From positions 65,792 through 129,791 of IMG/VR virus record IMGVR_UViG_3300045988_056908: a DNA stretch of 64,000 nucleotides. The stretch is one strand, 5' to 3'. This DNA is from a virus. Position numbers and translations under genes: made by a program. Within the stretch, counting starts at the first letter, position 1, and every line of letters begins with the position of its first letter. The notes under the pieces were generated by a model, which did no database searches, was not told where the DNA came from, and worked only from the letters and a program-made list of their open reading frames with translations. Below are positions 1 to 10,442 of the stretch, piece by piece.

Positions 1-774
1 TGATATTACAATCCTGCACAGTATTACCAGAGTCTTTAGCATCATGAATAGTAAACGCACTCTTTCCCTGCTTAAACCTCTCAATATTTCCTTGCTCTCT
101 ATTAGCTTGCTGTATTACTACAGGACTAACGCCACACTTATCTCTAAAGAAGAGAAGATAGCTAGAAAGTAAGTCTATGTCAGGTTTAGTACCAACTAGA
201 CCAATATGATCTACTACGATATTATAGATAAGATTAGGATTATTAGGCTTATATAGAAGTCTTGTCTCACTTTCAGAAAAAGTTCCCATTTCTTCTAACC
301 TAGTTTTCAAGATAGCATACACCTTTTTTGGAGACACTTTCTTGTCATAAATTTCCAGCTTTTTACTAATCTTATCTACCCAGGGCATACATTGCTTAAC
401 TAGGTCATAATGTTCCTCTGACAAAATATATTCCTTTTCTCTTGAAAGAATCTTCTTAAAGGATAATTGTATTCCATACGTTTCGAAGATATATATGGAT
501 AATAGCTTAATATATAAGGCTACTTCTCCCATCTCTAGACTAAAATACAATACCTTAAAATCATCATCATCAAGATGTTCCATTAGTGGTCTATAAACAT
601 AAGCATAAAGGGCAAATGAAGTTTTACCTGCACCAGAGTTAGATAGAATTAGTGTATAGGTTTCCCTAGTAACTCCATCAATAATACTCTCTAGTTTAGG
701 AAGTTTCATAGATATACCATGATTTAACCCCAATCTACCTCTATCAATTTCATAAAGAAGCTTCTCAGAAATCA
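1..774 (-). CDS. DnaB-like replicative helicase, RecA-like C-terminal domain (start at 774, runs off window edge)
   Basis: Minus-strand translation from ATG 772-774 gives MISEKLLYEIDRGRLGLNHGISMKLPKLESIIDGV...SNSGAGKTSFALY (Walker A) ... IVVDHIGLV (Walker B-like). No stop before position 1. Confidence 0.7.
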
Positions 775-1377
775 TAGCAATCTCATGGAATCATAATTAA
801 CTCCGCCTTCATCTTTTAGTGCTTCAAGTTCTTCCCACTTATGGTCTATTACAAAGTTGGCAATAGTGGTACATAGAATATTGTGCTCTCTAGCCCACTT
901 TACTAGCTCTATAATTTGATTATGAATTTCTGGCTTCCATCTGATAGTCCTACCATAAAACCTATAGAAGTCTTCGATGGTGTCAAATTTCTTGGACACG
1001 CTTCTAAGACCCACTTGTGAATTATTAACTATCCCGAATTGAGGATAGGTATCCCATAATTCCTTACCTAGCTCAAATGAGCATTTGTAGAAATCTTTAA
1101 CCACATTTTTGTTTAGTGGAATATCTAAGGGATTAAATACACTTCCTTTTTCAGGAATTTTATAGGATTTATGAATAATTCCAGCATTGCGAAGTCCAGT
1201 TAATAGTTCTATTGTAAAACCACGAGCGCATACTCTAGAAGAGAAATACTCGTGGACAATTTCGGATTCATCACCCTCTTGGGCGATAAGAAGAATTTCT
1301 AACAACAACAGCTCACTTGGGTTTATGCTATATTTTTCACAAAACAAAAGTTGCTGTTTCAGTTCAAGATTTTTCAC
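772..1377 (-). CDS. hypothetical protein; possibly a separate helicase N-terminal domain or helicase-associated protein
   Basis: 201-aa ORF whose TGA overlaps the ATG of the helicase domain ORF (ATGA overlap). Confidence 0.5.
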   Translation of the reverse strand: MKNLELKQQLLFCEKYSINPSELLLLEILLIAQEGDESEIVHEYFSSRVCARGFTIELLTGLRNAGIIHKSYKIPEKGSVFNPLDIPLNKNVVKDFYKCSFELGKELWDTYPQFGIVNNSQVGLRSVSKKFDTIEDFYRFYGRTIRWKPEIHNQIIELVKWAREHNILCTTIANFVIDHKWEELEALKDEGGVNYDSMRLL

Positions 1378-1634
1378 GTGTACAAATTAATAGATTTTCT
1401 ACTAATCTATACACCAAGTCTAGTTTACTTGTTAAAGCGTTAAAACTTGGTTACGTGATAAACTTTAGTCCTCAACTTTTTCGTTGGCGGTTTCAAGAAG
1501 TACTGCGTAATCCTTCTTTAATTCCTTCAACTCAGATGTCAGTTTACTAACTTTAGTTTCTAGCGACTTACATTTCTTAGTAAGTGCAGATTTCATCTCA
1601 TTATACTCTTTCTTAGTGTAATAAGTTTCCATAA

Positions 1635-2912
1635 TTAAAAACGATAAGTAAAATTTTGTATTTTCTTCTTATAAGGCTCATAGGGTTCTCCCCTTAGAAC
1701 TTTCATAAGATTCTCTTCATCAATAGTTATATAATTCACTCCTTCGTGTGATTTCTTGTACCATTCACACTCTACAGTGTTTTCAATAACGATTGTGAAC
1801 ATTTCGGCATACTTAGTAGGTTCTTCCTTTCGTATTACCCTACCAGTTCTCTGCTTACTCTTTATAGGACTGGAATCTAAACCAAGAACAATACCAACAG
1901 ATAAACCCTTACAGTCTAAACCCTCATTAGCTAGCTGGACGCTATTAAGCACTCCAGAACTAAGTGTGGAAAATTCTTCTATGGTTATTCTGTTTTTCTT
2001 TTTACTCTCTCTTCCAGTGTAAACATATCCTATACCTATGCTTTCAGCCATTTTCACATTAGCTGAAAAGGTAATGATTTTCTTATCAGACCTATACTTG
2101 ATTATCTCCTTGGCTATTTCTAGCTTCTTAGCATGATTGTATATGAACTTTTTCCTACTCTGCAAAGCTCTCATGAACGCCGTAGCATGAAAAGTAATTT
2201 CCTTGAAAACTTCTTTCCTATCCAGCTTGCTGTTTCGGTTACATAGTTCGTCCCTATACTTAGCCCTATTGACAAATCCGTTTGGACCTAACATACTCAT
2301 AACTAAGTCAAAATCAAAGTTAAAATATTCAAAATGTTGAACAAACTCCTTGTTATATTTTCTGTACAAGTCTATGTCGTCCACTGTTATTATAACTTGA
2401 TATTCTGAAAAGTTTGATACCCAACCATTGGCTTTGGCTACTTCTATAGAGATATTATCAATCTCTGGACAGTACTTTTCTATGATACTGTGCTTTCCAT
2501 CGAGTCTCTCTATGGTAGCAGTTAAGCCAAGAATAAGTTTATATTTTACCTTAGTAAATACAGAAGAGAAAGTATCAGCAGGACATCTGTGAATTTCATC
2601 CAGAATTAGAAGGTCACAATCATACCCGTTCTTTGCCATGGAATTAATAATTCCAACTTCGACATTCAATCCATATCCCAAACTGTCTAGGATTCCAGAC
2701 CATTGTTCTTGCAAAGTAGAATTTGGAACGACTACTAATACCCTGATAGAAGGATACTTAGAAATAAGTTTTCCTATAATAATAGTAGCAACCCTAGTCT
2801 TTCCATACCCAGTACAAGCAACTATTGTACCTCTTCCTTTGGACTTAATCCACTTTTTGACGGACTCCTCCTGCCGCTCATCACGAGTGACAGGAGTAAA
2901 AAGGTCCTTCAT
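1635..2912 (-). CDS. SF2 (DEAD/DEAH-like) DNA/RNA helicase
   Basis: Motif I ACTGYGKT, motif II DEIH, motif III TAT, motif VI QRTGRVIR in a 425-aa ORF. Confidence 0.85.
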   Translation of the reverse strand: MKDLFTPVTRDERQEESVKKWIKSKGRGTIVACTGYGKTRVATIIIGKLISKYPSIRVLVVVPNSTLQEQWSGILDSLGYGLNVEVGIINSMAKNGYDCDLLILDEIHRCPADTFSSVFTKVKYKLILGLTATIERLDGKHSIIEKYCPEIDNISIEVAKANGWVSNFSEYQVIITVDDIDLYRKYNKEFVQHFEYFNFDFDLVMSMLGPNGFVNRAKYRDELCNRNSKLDRKEVFKEITFHATAFMRALQSRKKFIYNHAKKLEIAKEIIKYRSDKKIITFSANVKMAESIGIGYVYTGRESKKKNRITIEEFSTLSSGVLNSVQLANEGLDCKGLSVGIVLGLDSSPIKSKQRTGRVIRKEEPTKYAEMFTIVIENTVECEWYKKSHEGVNYITIDEENLMKVLRGEPYEPYKKKIQNFTYRF

Positions 2913-3775
2913 TAGTCTATATTTCTAGTGATGTCCCAACCTTTAAGTTCGGCAACTTTCTTAATTTCTTCCATTTTGTCCTTCCACTGCTTGGCTTGAC
3001 TTTCACATTGATTCTGGAAGCGATAAAGAACCTTGCTCGACAACAGTCTCAACTGATCACTAGTTAAGTTTGCATATTTATCTCGTTTCAGTCTACACAT
3101 CGATCTAAACTCAGCATAACTTAATCCAGTATCACAGATTTTAAGAGCAATAGAAGGATTCAAACGAAGTTCCTTACTTACCACCAAAAGTCTATTGACA
3201 GCTTTACCTGTTACAGGGTCTTTACGATACAAGTCCTTTTGCATTTCTTGCTGTGTAAACCAAAGTCCCATCTTGACAATGAAATTCAACGTCAAATGAG
3301 AGTTATCAAACAATCCCAAAGAATCCAGACAAGCGTCCATAACTAAACTTACAGGTACTTCTCTAAACTCTACAGGGATACCATTAAGAATATTTCCAAT
3401 AGGATAAACTTTAATAGCCTCATTGGTCAAAATCTCTTTATTATTCTTGATGGTAATTCTCAGGTCTTCCAAACAGCGAGTGTTTGTGTATTGTTTCTCA
3501 GCTCTAAGCCATCTAATAAGAAGCTCTGCTCGACATCTCTGTATTTGATCGGACACTATATCTAGTAATGTTAAACGACCCGGATTCTTGGTATCCGAGT
3601 TGTACAACATTTGTTCACAGTGGTTATAGAAGCGTTTCAGCTGGTCATAATCAGCATCCACTAACTTTATTTCCTCCTGGACTCCATTTACTTTAGGTCC
3701 TTTCCATACATAGCTATTAACATCGTTTGCTTTATCATTCAAAGCCTCTCTCAGCTTATCTCCTAATACAGTCAT
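2912..3775 (-). CDS. hypothetical protein
   Basis: 287-aa ORF tightly packed (ATGA overlap) with the SF2 helicase. Confidence 0.55.
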   Translation of the reverse strand: MTVLGDKLREALNDKANDVNSYVWKGPKVNGVQEEIKLVDADYDQLKRFYNHCEQMLYNSDTKNPGRLTLLDIVSDQIQRCRAELLIRWLRAEKQYTNTRCLEDLRITIKNNKEILTNEAIKVYPIGNILNGIPVEFREVPVSLVMDACLDSLGLFDNSHLTLNFIVKMGLWFTQQEMQKDLYRKDPVTGKAVNRLLVVSKELRLNPSIALKICDTGLSYAEFRSMCRLKRDKYANLTSDQLRLLSSKVLYRFQNQCESQAKQWKDKMEEIKKVAELKGWDITRNID

Positions 3776-3819
3776 AAATTATTCTTTAAAAATACTTCAT
3801 AGTTCATCTAATTTTAATG

Positions 3820-4143
3820 TTAATCTAATAATATTTGTCCACATTCTAGAGACGGTTTTTCATGAATAAATTTCAAGAAAATTATATTACTATCCTTGTA
3901 TGGAACAAAATCTTTACCATCGTACCATTTATCGATGCCTTCTTCTACGTATCTTAGTGAAACATAGCCGACATCTCCTAATTTCATAGAACACTGGTTC
4001 CAATTCGGGAATCGAACACACATTATATCCTTGTAATCTAGATTATCATATTCTAGCCTTTCAAAGACATAATTAGCGTATCCCATCCCGTCCTCACATT
4101 CAGCAACAAATTTGACATGGTAAGTTACTTCTTTGGTTTCCAC
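3820..4143 (-). CDS. hypothetical protein
   Basis: 107-aa ORF in a co-directional gene train. Confidence 0.45.
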   Translation of the reverse strand: METKEVTYHVKFVAECEDGMGYANYVFERLEYDNLDYKDIMCVRFPNWNQCSMKLGDVGYVSLRYVEEGIDKWYDGKDFVPYKDSNIIFLKFIHEKPSLECGQILLD

Positions 4144-4297
4144 ACTTCAAATGTATTAATATCCTCGAACTTCCTACAACCATAAGAAGCGAAGTCTCCT
4201 TGCAGCTTATCCATGTTAGGCAAGCAAGGGTAATTCTTACACCTAGTGCAGCTACGTTCAGGATGTTTGTAGTGAAAACCATCTTTGTCCTTAAACA

Positions 4298-4672
4298 TTA
4301 CTTCAGTAATAGGCATAATAATATTAATACACATGAACCAGCAGCGCCATATTTAATGACATTCTGCTTCTTTTTTAAAGACTTATTAAGACCTTCAATA
4401 GATCTATTTTTATCTTCAATTATGTTTCCATAATACAGTAACTGAACTCTACGAAGAGAATCCGTTTTTTCCCAACTCTTATTTATTAGTTCTAGATTAG
4501 TTATTCGCTTATTCAATAACGGAACAGTTTCAGACAACTTCTGATGCTCGGCAAATATCAGATTAGTTGTTTTTAGTTGCTCGCTGGTTATTGTAACGGT
4601 CGATGTATTCTGAGAAAAAGCACAAATTGATGCTATCAGAACTAGACATAATAGTAGATACTTTCTCATCAT
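4298..4672 (-). CDS. secreted or lipoprotein-like coiled-coil protein
   Basis: N-terminal signal peptide MMRKYLLLCLVLIASICAFSQ. Confidence 0.5.
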   Translation of the reverse strand: MMRKYLLLCLVLIASICAFSQNTSTVTITSEQLKTTNLIFAEHQKLSETVPLLNKRITNLELINKSWEKTDSLRRVQLLYYGNIIEDKNRSIEGLNKSLKKKQNVIKYGAAGSCVLILLCLLLK

Positions 4673-4854
4673 ACTCTTTGTCTATATACTTAATTTTCTC
4701 CACGATGGAATCGTTAACTATATAGATGCTATCTCTAATTATAGAATCCCTTACTATTTCCTGCACATTAGGCGGAGAAACTGCGGTTTCCTTCTTAGGT
4801 ATTAGCAAATAAATAATTAACAATCCCATCAAGGCTATTAAGATATAGCAAAAC

Positions 4855-5439
4855 TTAGTCCTGTTCATTTAGCTCAACGCCTATTGCCTTGGCTTTAGTT
4901 ACCAGTTCAGCGCATTTAACTACATCTATACCTTCTTTAGCTAGATTCAAAGCTTGCTTCTCTTTATCAGAGAGATTTTTGATTTCATTTTTGAGGGCTT
5001 CTTTTCTTTCAAACCGAGCTTTCATTTGGTTATATCCCTTAATGATACGCTCTGGATTTTCTTTCAAGAAAGTAAGCTCCTGTTCCAAGAATGCTTTTAC
5101 CAGCACTTTACCTGCTACACCTCTAGATGTAGTATAAATAGCTGGACACTTTGGATCATGAAGAGCCTTATCGTAAGCCTTCTTCTGTCCCTTAGCCAAA
5201 TCGAAGGTATCACTAGGATTACATACTGCAATACCAACGGTTACTACTCTACAGATTCTAGCATAGTCCGGATCATTTGTGCATATGTATTCATCGGGAG
5301 CCACCCAACCTACTGCTAAGACACAATCATCCTCACTTACTTCAGCAGCCTGACTTAAAGCACAAGCTACAATTTTACGTTCTTCACCCTTAAAGTCTAC
5401 AAATGAGTCTACCATGTACTCAATCACATCCTGTTTCAT
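4855..5439 (-). CDS. hypothetical protein
   Basis: 194-aa ORF. Confidence 0.5.
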   Translation of the reverse strand: MKQDVIEYMVDSFVDFKGEERKIVACALSQAAEVSEDDCVLAVGWVAPDEYICTNDPDYARICRVVTVGIAVCNPSDTFDLAKGQKKAYDKALHDPKCPAIYTTSRGVAGKVLVKAFLEQELTFLKENPERIIKGYNQMKARFERKEALKNEIKNLSDKEKQALNLAKEGIDVVKCAELVTKAKAIGVELNEQD

Positions 5440-5669
5440 TTTCTACAATTTTAAAACCGTTATTAATTAAATATTCTTCGGGAGCAAATTGTAATTCAAA
5501 GAATCTATGCAGAGAGTATTTCTTCCTCTTACAACATAGTTGACTCTTTTTCAATACAATAGGTTTATTAGAAGAGTAGTATTTTTCTTCCATTAGAGCA
5601 GCTCCCCAGCTCCATATTTGATATACTGAACTACAGTAGATAAACTTATCATGCGTATGCACAATCTGT

Positions 5670-6143
5670 TTATCCTTCTCGTAAGTCCTCCGTGAGGTCG
5701 TCATAAAACACCTTTATAGTCTTAAAAATGAATTGATTCTTTTGAGTATTATAACAGTCATTCCAGCTACATTTCTGATAGTGAGATAGTAGTTCGGAAG
5801 CTTTTACTCCAGTATACACATTTCTGCAAAAGCTATCGTCATCATCACAATCTGCTGCGTTTATGGTGTACTTTCCAATAGAAATCGCATAATGATAATG
5901 ACTTCTCGCTACTTCGCTAAACTTTTCTTCTAGTTCATAATCCTCGTAAATAATGACTTTGAACTTGAATTTATCTCTACTTAGTAGCCTAGCTAGACAG
6001 TATGCTATATAGCAACACCCTCCACAATTAACGTCATATTCCTCATCTAAGAATCTACAAAGCTTATTCAGCCTCTCCGCTAGAATCTCCTGAATCTCCT
6101 GAGACTTCGAGTTTAATTTCCTCCTTTGCCTTTTTAAACTCAT
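5670..6143 (-). CDS. hypothetical Cys-rich protein
   Basis: 157-aa ORF with NCGGCCY motif. Confidence 0.45.
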   Translation of the reverse strand: MSLKRQRRKLNSKSQEIQEILAERLNKLCRFLDEEYDVNCGGCCYIAYCLARLLSRDKFKFKVIIYEDYELEEKFSEVARSHYHYAISIGKYTINAADCDDDDSFCRNVYTGVKASELLSHYQKCSWNDCYNTQKNQFIFKTIKVFYDDLTEDLREG

Positions 6144-6366
6144 CTAAGTACCTACCTAAAGTTATAACTTCATCTTTTCCGAACTTTTTTCTTACTGCAT
6201 AATGGCGACATCGCTCTATAGCAGCTTCTAGGGGATAGCCATAGCCCTCCACTTTAAATTCTTTTCTCGGATTTTTCCCACCAATATCATACAACAATTC
6301 CAAGTCAAACCTCGGAGAAGATTCACTAATGGGAGTAAGTCTGTAAAAAGGACCTTCAATTACCAT
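6064..6366 (-). CDS. hypothetical protein
   Basis: 100-aa ORF. Confidence 0.4.
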   Translation of the reverse strand: MVIEGPFYRLTPISESSPRFDLELLYDIGGKNPRKEFKVEGYGYPLEAAIERCRHYAVRKKFGKDEVITLGRYLDEFKKAKEEIKLEVSGDSGDSSGEAE

Positions 6367-6375
6367 TTTATTTTG

Positions 6376-7185
6376 TTATTTACAAACGTCTATTACAGTT
6401 AAGTTCTCGTTGCTGGGACGATAATTAATATCCCTATGAGAATTAGATACAATAACCTGGTCAAAATTATTACACATATTAATCAGACCTTTATCATTAA
6501 CTGCGTGACATACAATTATGATAAACTTGCTATTTGGATATCTCTCTTTGAGAACCTTAAGCTCTCCTAGGAAAGTTCCTCCAGCATCACACAAGTCATC
6601 AATGAACACAAATGTAGAATAGTAGCAATTCTTAGACTCCTCTATTTCAAAGGACTCAATTCTTCCAGTCTCTAGATTTCTTTCCTTTTTGAAAATTAAA
6701 TAACCATAGTGAGAATAGTTACTTCCATATCTGTCCTTCGCCCCGTGGTCTGGGAACACGATATTACTTTGGGCTGGAATCCAAGAGTGGTGTCCAAATT
6801 CCCAAGGTAAACATCTGTCACCAAGAAGATGAAAAGTTCTACTAGAATGTGCCTCAAGAACATATATGTTTCTATAGCCTAAGCTATTTAACATATTACA
6901 TACTACTTTCAAGGAGAATGGACGATTAAAACTCATTACTCTATCCATACGCATAGACATTAAATAAGTAATGTGTAAATCCCATTCTACTTCTTGTCTA
7001 TCTAAAATATCTCCTACTTGCATTAAGAGGAATAAATCCTCAGTATTAGATATTCTACAAATGACATCAATAGATTCCTTTCTGTTTAATTCCTCAGTAA
7101 GGAAAAACTGAGGCTCTCCATCAGGAAATCTAGTAACATCGTACTTAATTTCACTGATTTCCTTGTTGATTAAGTTTAATTTCAT
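6376..7185 (-). CDS. ribose-phosphate pyrophosphokinase (Prs) family protein; candidate ADP-ribose pyrophosphate synthetase (Adps-like)
   Basis: N-terminal Prs-like KYDVTRFPDGEPQF and the PRPP-binding signature FIDDLCDAGGTF. Adjacent to a NAMPT-like gene. Confidence 0.75.
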   Translation of the reverse strand: MKLNLINKEISEIKYDVTRFPDGEPQFFLTEELNRKESIDVICRISNTEDLFLLMQVGDILDRQEVEWDLHITYLMSMRMDRVMSFNRPFSLKVVCNMLNSLGYRNIYVLEAHSSRTFHLLGDRCLPWEFGHHSWIPAQSNIVFPDHGAKDRYGSNYSHYGYLIFKKERNLETGRIESFEIEESKNCYYSTFVFIDDLCDAGGTFLGELKVLKERYPNSKFIIIVCHAVNDKGLINMCNNFDQVIVSNSHRDINYRPSNENLTVIDVCK

Positions 7186-7615
7186 CTACTACATATTTTA
7201 AGATTTCATAACTTTCTTCCAGACCTGCCCTATCATCTAGGAGGATATTGTAATAAGGTTTCTTAGATTTAGAGAATATAGAACTACTAATGTTTGGAGC
7301 AGATAAAGTATTAGAAGTAATATTTGCTATTCCTAATCGCATACAAATTGTCTGCTTTGCCATAATTTTATAATCATCTTCATCAGTGGTGAATAAAATC
7401 ATTTCAAAACCTAGAAGTGAGCATTCTTTAAGTAGTTCTATAACGCAACTATAATCTCCGCCAGTATTATGGTAATCGAAAATAGTATTATCAAAATCGA
7501 AAGCGACTATTAGCTTTCCGTATTTATGATACTCTTCTAATAGTCGTTTCTTGCAAGCTTCTTTCCCAAAAGGATGATTAAAGTCCACGGTCAATTCTTT
7601 GTCTAATTTCTTCAA
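7151..7615 (-). CDS. HAD-superfamily hydrolase or phosphatase
   Basis: HAD motif I DFDNT (DxDxT) near the N-terminus. ORF sits between the prs-like and NAMPT-like genes. Confidence 0.6.
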   Translation of the reverse strand: MKKLDKELTVDFNHPFGKEACKKRLLEEYHKYGKLIVAFDFDNTIFDYHNTGGDYSCVIELLKECSLLGFEMILFTTDEDDYKIMAKQTICMRLGIANITSNTLSAPNISSSIFSKSKKPYYNILLDDRAGLEESYEILKYVVDEIKLNQQGNQ

Positions 7616-9128
7616 GAGAATATTCTTTCTTCAAGATACCATCTTCAAAGACAGTCTCTAAGCATCCCTCTTTTTCCTCCTCGATTGAGACCTGGTCGGC
7701 AGCAGTATACTTCCCATCCAGACCTTTATAGACAGCAATCAAACCTTTCAAAGAGTTCTTAGTACCATCATCAGTTTTAGGATGTTTGAAGATTTCTTTC
7801 AACTCGCCATTTACTACGCAAGCAGTAGCCTTAATAGCAAACCCAAGACTATCTCTACTTGCATACTGATAGGAATATGAACCTACTCCCAGAACGAGAT
7901 TACAAGCCGCCATATTAGCGTTTTCTAATCTCAAGTAGATTTGCTTTTGACGTTCTAGAGTAATAGAATCTCCATAAAGCAGACCAACCTTAGTGCTAGG
8001 ATAGCGGTAATCCTTTGAAGTAGTATTCCATCCGAAGATTTTACCAAGCATATAATATGCCCCATAATATTGACCTTCGGACACTTCAACATACTCTGCA
8101 TCGTCGTTAAACGGAGCATAGCAGCAATAATACTTACCTTCTTTCATTCTGGTATTGAAGTGAGGATTAGTTCTCAACCCGCAGATTATATCTACTGGGT
8201 CTCCACTATCAGGACGGATTACTACTCTACCATCACGAGCCATAATGTCTTTCTTCAGCTTGGGTAAGAAATTTTCAATTACATTCCAGAAATCCCAAGT
8301 ATCAGATACAATAGAAACAAACCCAGAAGGATACAAATCATTAATTAGACGTTTGAAAGTGCCCAGCTCATCTTCCTCCCCTCCAGCACACATTACAGAG
8401 TGTTCTGTTGCTGGAACTGTAGCAGCAATCAATTCCTCGTCTGAATTAGCTCCATAATATTCTTCCAGGGCAGCAATAGCTGGAATAGTCTCACTTCCCA
8501 CAAAAGAAGTCATATGCGCCATACCAGATATGATTGCAGCTTCCATTCCCGCCATACCTCGCATTGAGAAATCATGACAACAAAAACCAAGATTTACATC
8601 TGTTGGAAAACCAGTCTTGCAAGCATGACGATGTAGCTCTTTCTTATAAAGCCTAGCTCTAGTAGCAGATGTGCATGGCATCCACAAGGTACAGCTGATA
8701 ATAGTCTCTAAGTAGTTAGTTAACCAAAAGAACTCGGGTAGGGTATTTGTAATGGTCATCATGGGAACCCGAATAGGGCACACAGAACCTTCAGGAAGAG
8801 CCTTTATGCGAATTGGTAGATACCCAAGGTCATATAAAGCTTCAATATGTCTGTACCCAACGGATTCAATACCAACAAAGTTGTTTACTCTACGATAGAA
8901 CATCTCCACAGCTTCCTTCTTTGGTAAATTAAAGAAGTTTTTCTCAAACTGTTTAATGAGATATTCTTTGATTAGGTATTGAATACCAAATACTACTGAA
9001 CCTTCGGTTGCTTCTGGGAAGTATTTATTACTTCTAGGAGTCCAGTTACTATAAACTTGTTCAGTACCTTCGGGGTACATTCTGTGATGGCCCAATTTGT
9101 AACCATCTGTAGCATTAATTATTTCCAT
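7578..9128 (-). CDS. nicotinamide phosphoribosyltransferase family (NadV/NAMPT-like; candidate Namat)
   Basis: 516 aa. N-terminus INATDGYKLGHHRMYPEGTEQVYSNWTPRS resembles the NAMPT N-terminus ATDSYK...Y. The length fits the family. Confidence 0.8.
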   Translation of the reverse strand: MEIINATDGYKLGHHRMYPEGTEQVYSNWTPRSNKYFPEATEGSVVFGIQYLIKEYLIKQFEKNFFNLPKKEAVEMFYRRVNNFVGIESVGYRHIEALYDLGYLPIRIKALPEGSVCPIRVPMMTITNTLPEFFWLTNYLETIISCTLWMPCTSATRARLYKKELHRHACKTGFPTDVNLGFCCHDFSMRGMAGMEAAIISGMAHMTSFVGSETIPAIAALEEYYGANSDEELIAATVPATEHSVMCAGGEEDELGTFKRLINDLYPSGFVSIVSDTWDFWNVIENFLPKLKKDIMARDGRVVIRPDSGDPVDIICGLRTNPHFNTRMKEGKYYCCYAPFNDDAEYVEVSEGQYYGAYYMLGKIFGWNTTSKDYRYPSTKVGLLYGDSITLERQKQIYLRLENANMAACNLVLGVGSYSYQYASRDSLGFAIKATACVVNGELKEIFKHPKTDDGTKNSLKGLIAVYKGLDGKYTAADQVSIEEEKEGCLETVFEDGILKKEYSLEEIRQRIDRGL

Positions 9129-9943
9129 TCTAATTTTTTGTTAAAAGTTATTTCTTTTACTTCTTCAGTTTCGAGTTTTCCACCTTTGATAAAGTATTGG
9201 TGAATAAGAGTATTAATTGTTCTTGCTCCAAGAGTATTATTGCGAAAAGAGCTTTCAAGATACCCTTTCAAATCACTAATGACTTGTTCTCTATTCACAT
9301 TAAAGAATAAGTCAAGATAATTCTGTAACAAGTCTGAACACTCCAAGATAGAATACAAATCCTCTAGAGTGAGAGGTTTAGTATTGTAGATTAATCCTAC
9401 TCTTCCAAGAAACTCTGTTTTAACTCCAAAGTCTCTTAGTCTATCTAATGTAATGTGAGGCTCATTATTGAACGCTCCGGCAAACACAAATAGTACATTA
9501 TCAATAGGGACTGATATGTACTTCCCATAATCGCCAAAAACACTAGTAGTATCAGACTCTAAAAGTTTGAGAAACTCGTTCTGTACACTGGCAGTAGATT
9601 CATTAGCTAGTTGGCTATTAGTGTTTCCGTTGATGAAAAGTTTATCAAACTCGTCTACGAAGACTACGATAGGTGTGTGACTATAGTTAACAAGCGGAGA
9701 TAGAATTTTGCTTAAACTATTTCCAGAAATACCCTCTTTAGTTATTTGAGCTGCATTAACTTCTAGAAAGTTAAGTTCATTCATATCACATAACTGTTTA
9801 ATAGTAAAGCTCTTACCAGACCCACTCTCACCTGTAAGAATAAAGTGCGGTCTTATCTTGCAATTACTATTTACAAATACCTGAAATATTCTATTAACTT
9901 CCTTAATTAACTTGTCTTGCCCTATTATCTTACTCATAGTCAA
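9119..9943 (-). CDS. AAA+ ATPase
   Basis: Walker A GESGSGKS and Walker B VVFVDEFDK. Confidence 0.75.
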   Translation of the reverse strand: MTMSKIIGQDKLIKEVNRIFQVFVNSNCKIRPHFILTGESGSGKSFTIKQLCDMNELNFLEVNAAQITKEGISGNSLSKILSPLVNYSHTPIVVFVDEFDKLFINGNTNSQLANESTASVQNEFLKLLESDTTSVFGDYGKYISVPIDNVLFVFAGAFNNEPHITLDRLRDFGVKTEFLGRVGLIYNTKPLTLEDLYSILECSDLLQNYLDLFFNVNREQVISDLKGYLESSFRNNTLGARTINTLIHQYFIKGGKLETEEVKEITFNKKLEWK

Positions 9944-10442
9944 TTTTCAATAAATATTTAATATTACCTCCGGCACTCAAATGCCTAAAGCATTTAGTTA
10001 CGAAGTCCTTGGTTTCGGGATGTATAGCTCTAGGTGAACTTAGAAATTTAATCCACCAGTTGTACTCACTCCCATAGGTAAAATCTTTATTATAGGTTCT
10101 CCCAGCAGCCAGATAATCACAGACTAATTCCAAAGCATATTTTCTTGGCATTTTCGCTGGAACTCCTCCTTCATCTAAACTATGAACCCAATATTCATAG
10201 TGATGTGGATTTCTTCCTCGATGATGTAGGAAGGTTTCAGAATATCCGTGTATGTTTTTCTCATTAGCTAGAGGACTAATAGCATCGTCCCAGTACTTTA
10301 TTGACCTACTAAATTCAGTATAGCTAAACTTAGACCAGTCATGTACTATTCCCTGCCAATAAAGACCTAACTGGAAACAATAGCGTGCTACCCAGTATTT
10401 ATGCTTAATAATCCTAATTAGATGTTTAAATATTCGTGTCAT
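9930..10442 (-). CDS. hypothetical protein (His-rich)
   Basis: 170-aa ORF with HHRGRNPHHYEYWVH. Confidence 0.5.
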   Translation of the reverse strand: MTRIFKHLIRIIKHKYWVARYCFQLGLYWQGIVHDWSKFSYTEFSRSIKYWDDAISPLANEKNIHGYSETFLHHRGRNPHHYEYWVHSLDEGGVPAKMPRKYALELVCDYLAAGRTYNKDFTYGSEYNWWIKFLSSPRAIHPETKDFVTKCFRHLSAGGNIKYLLKIDYE

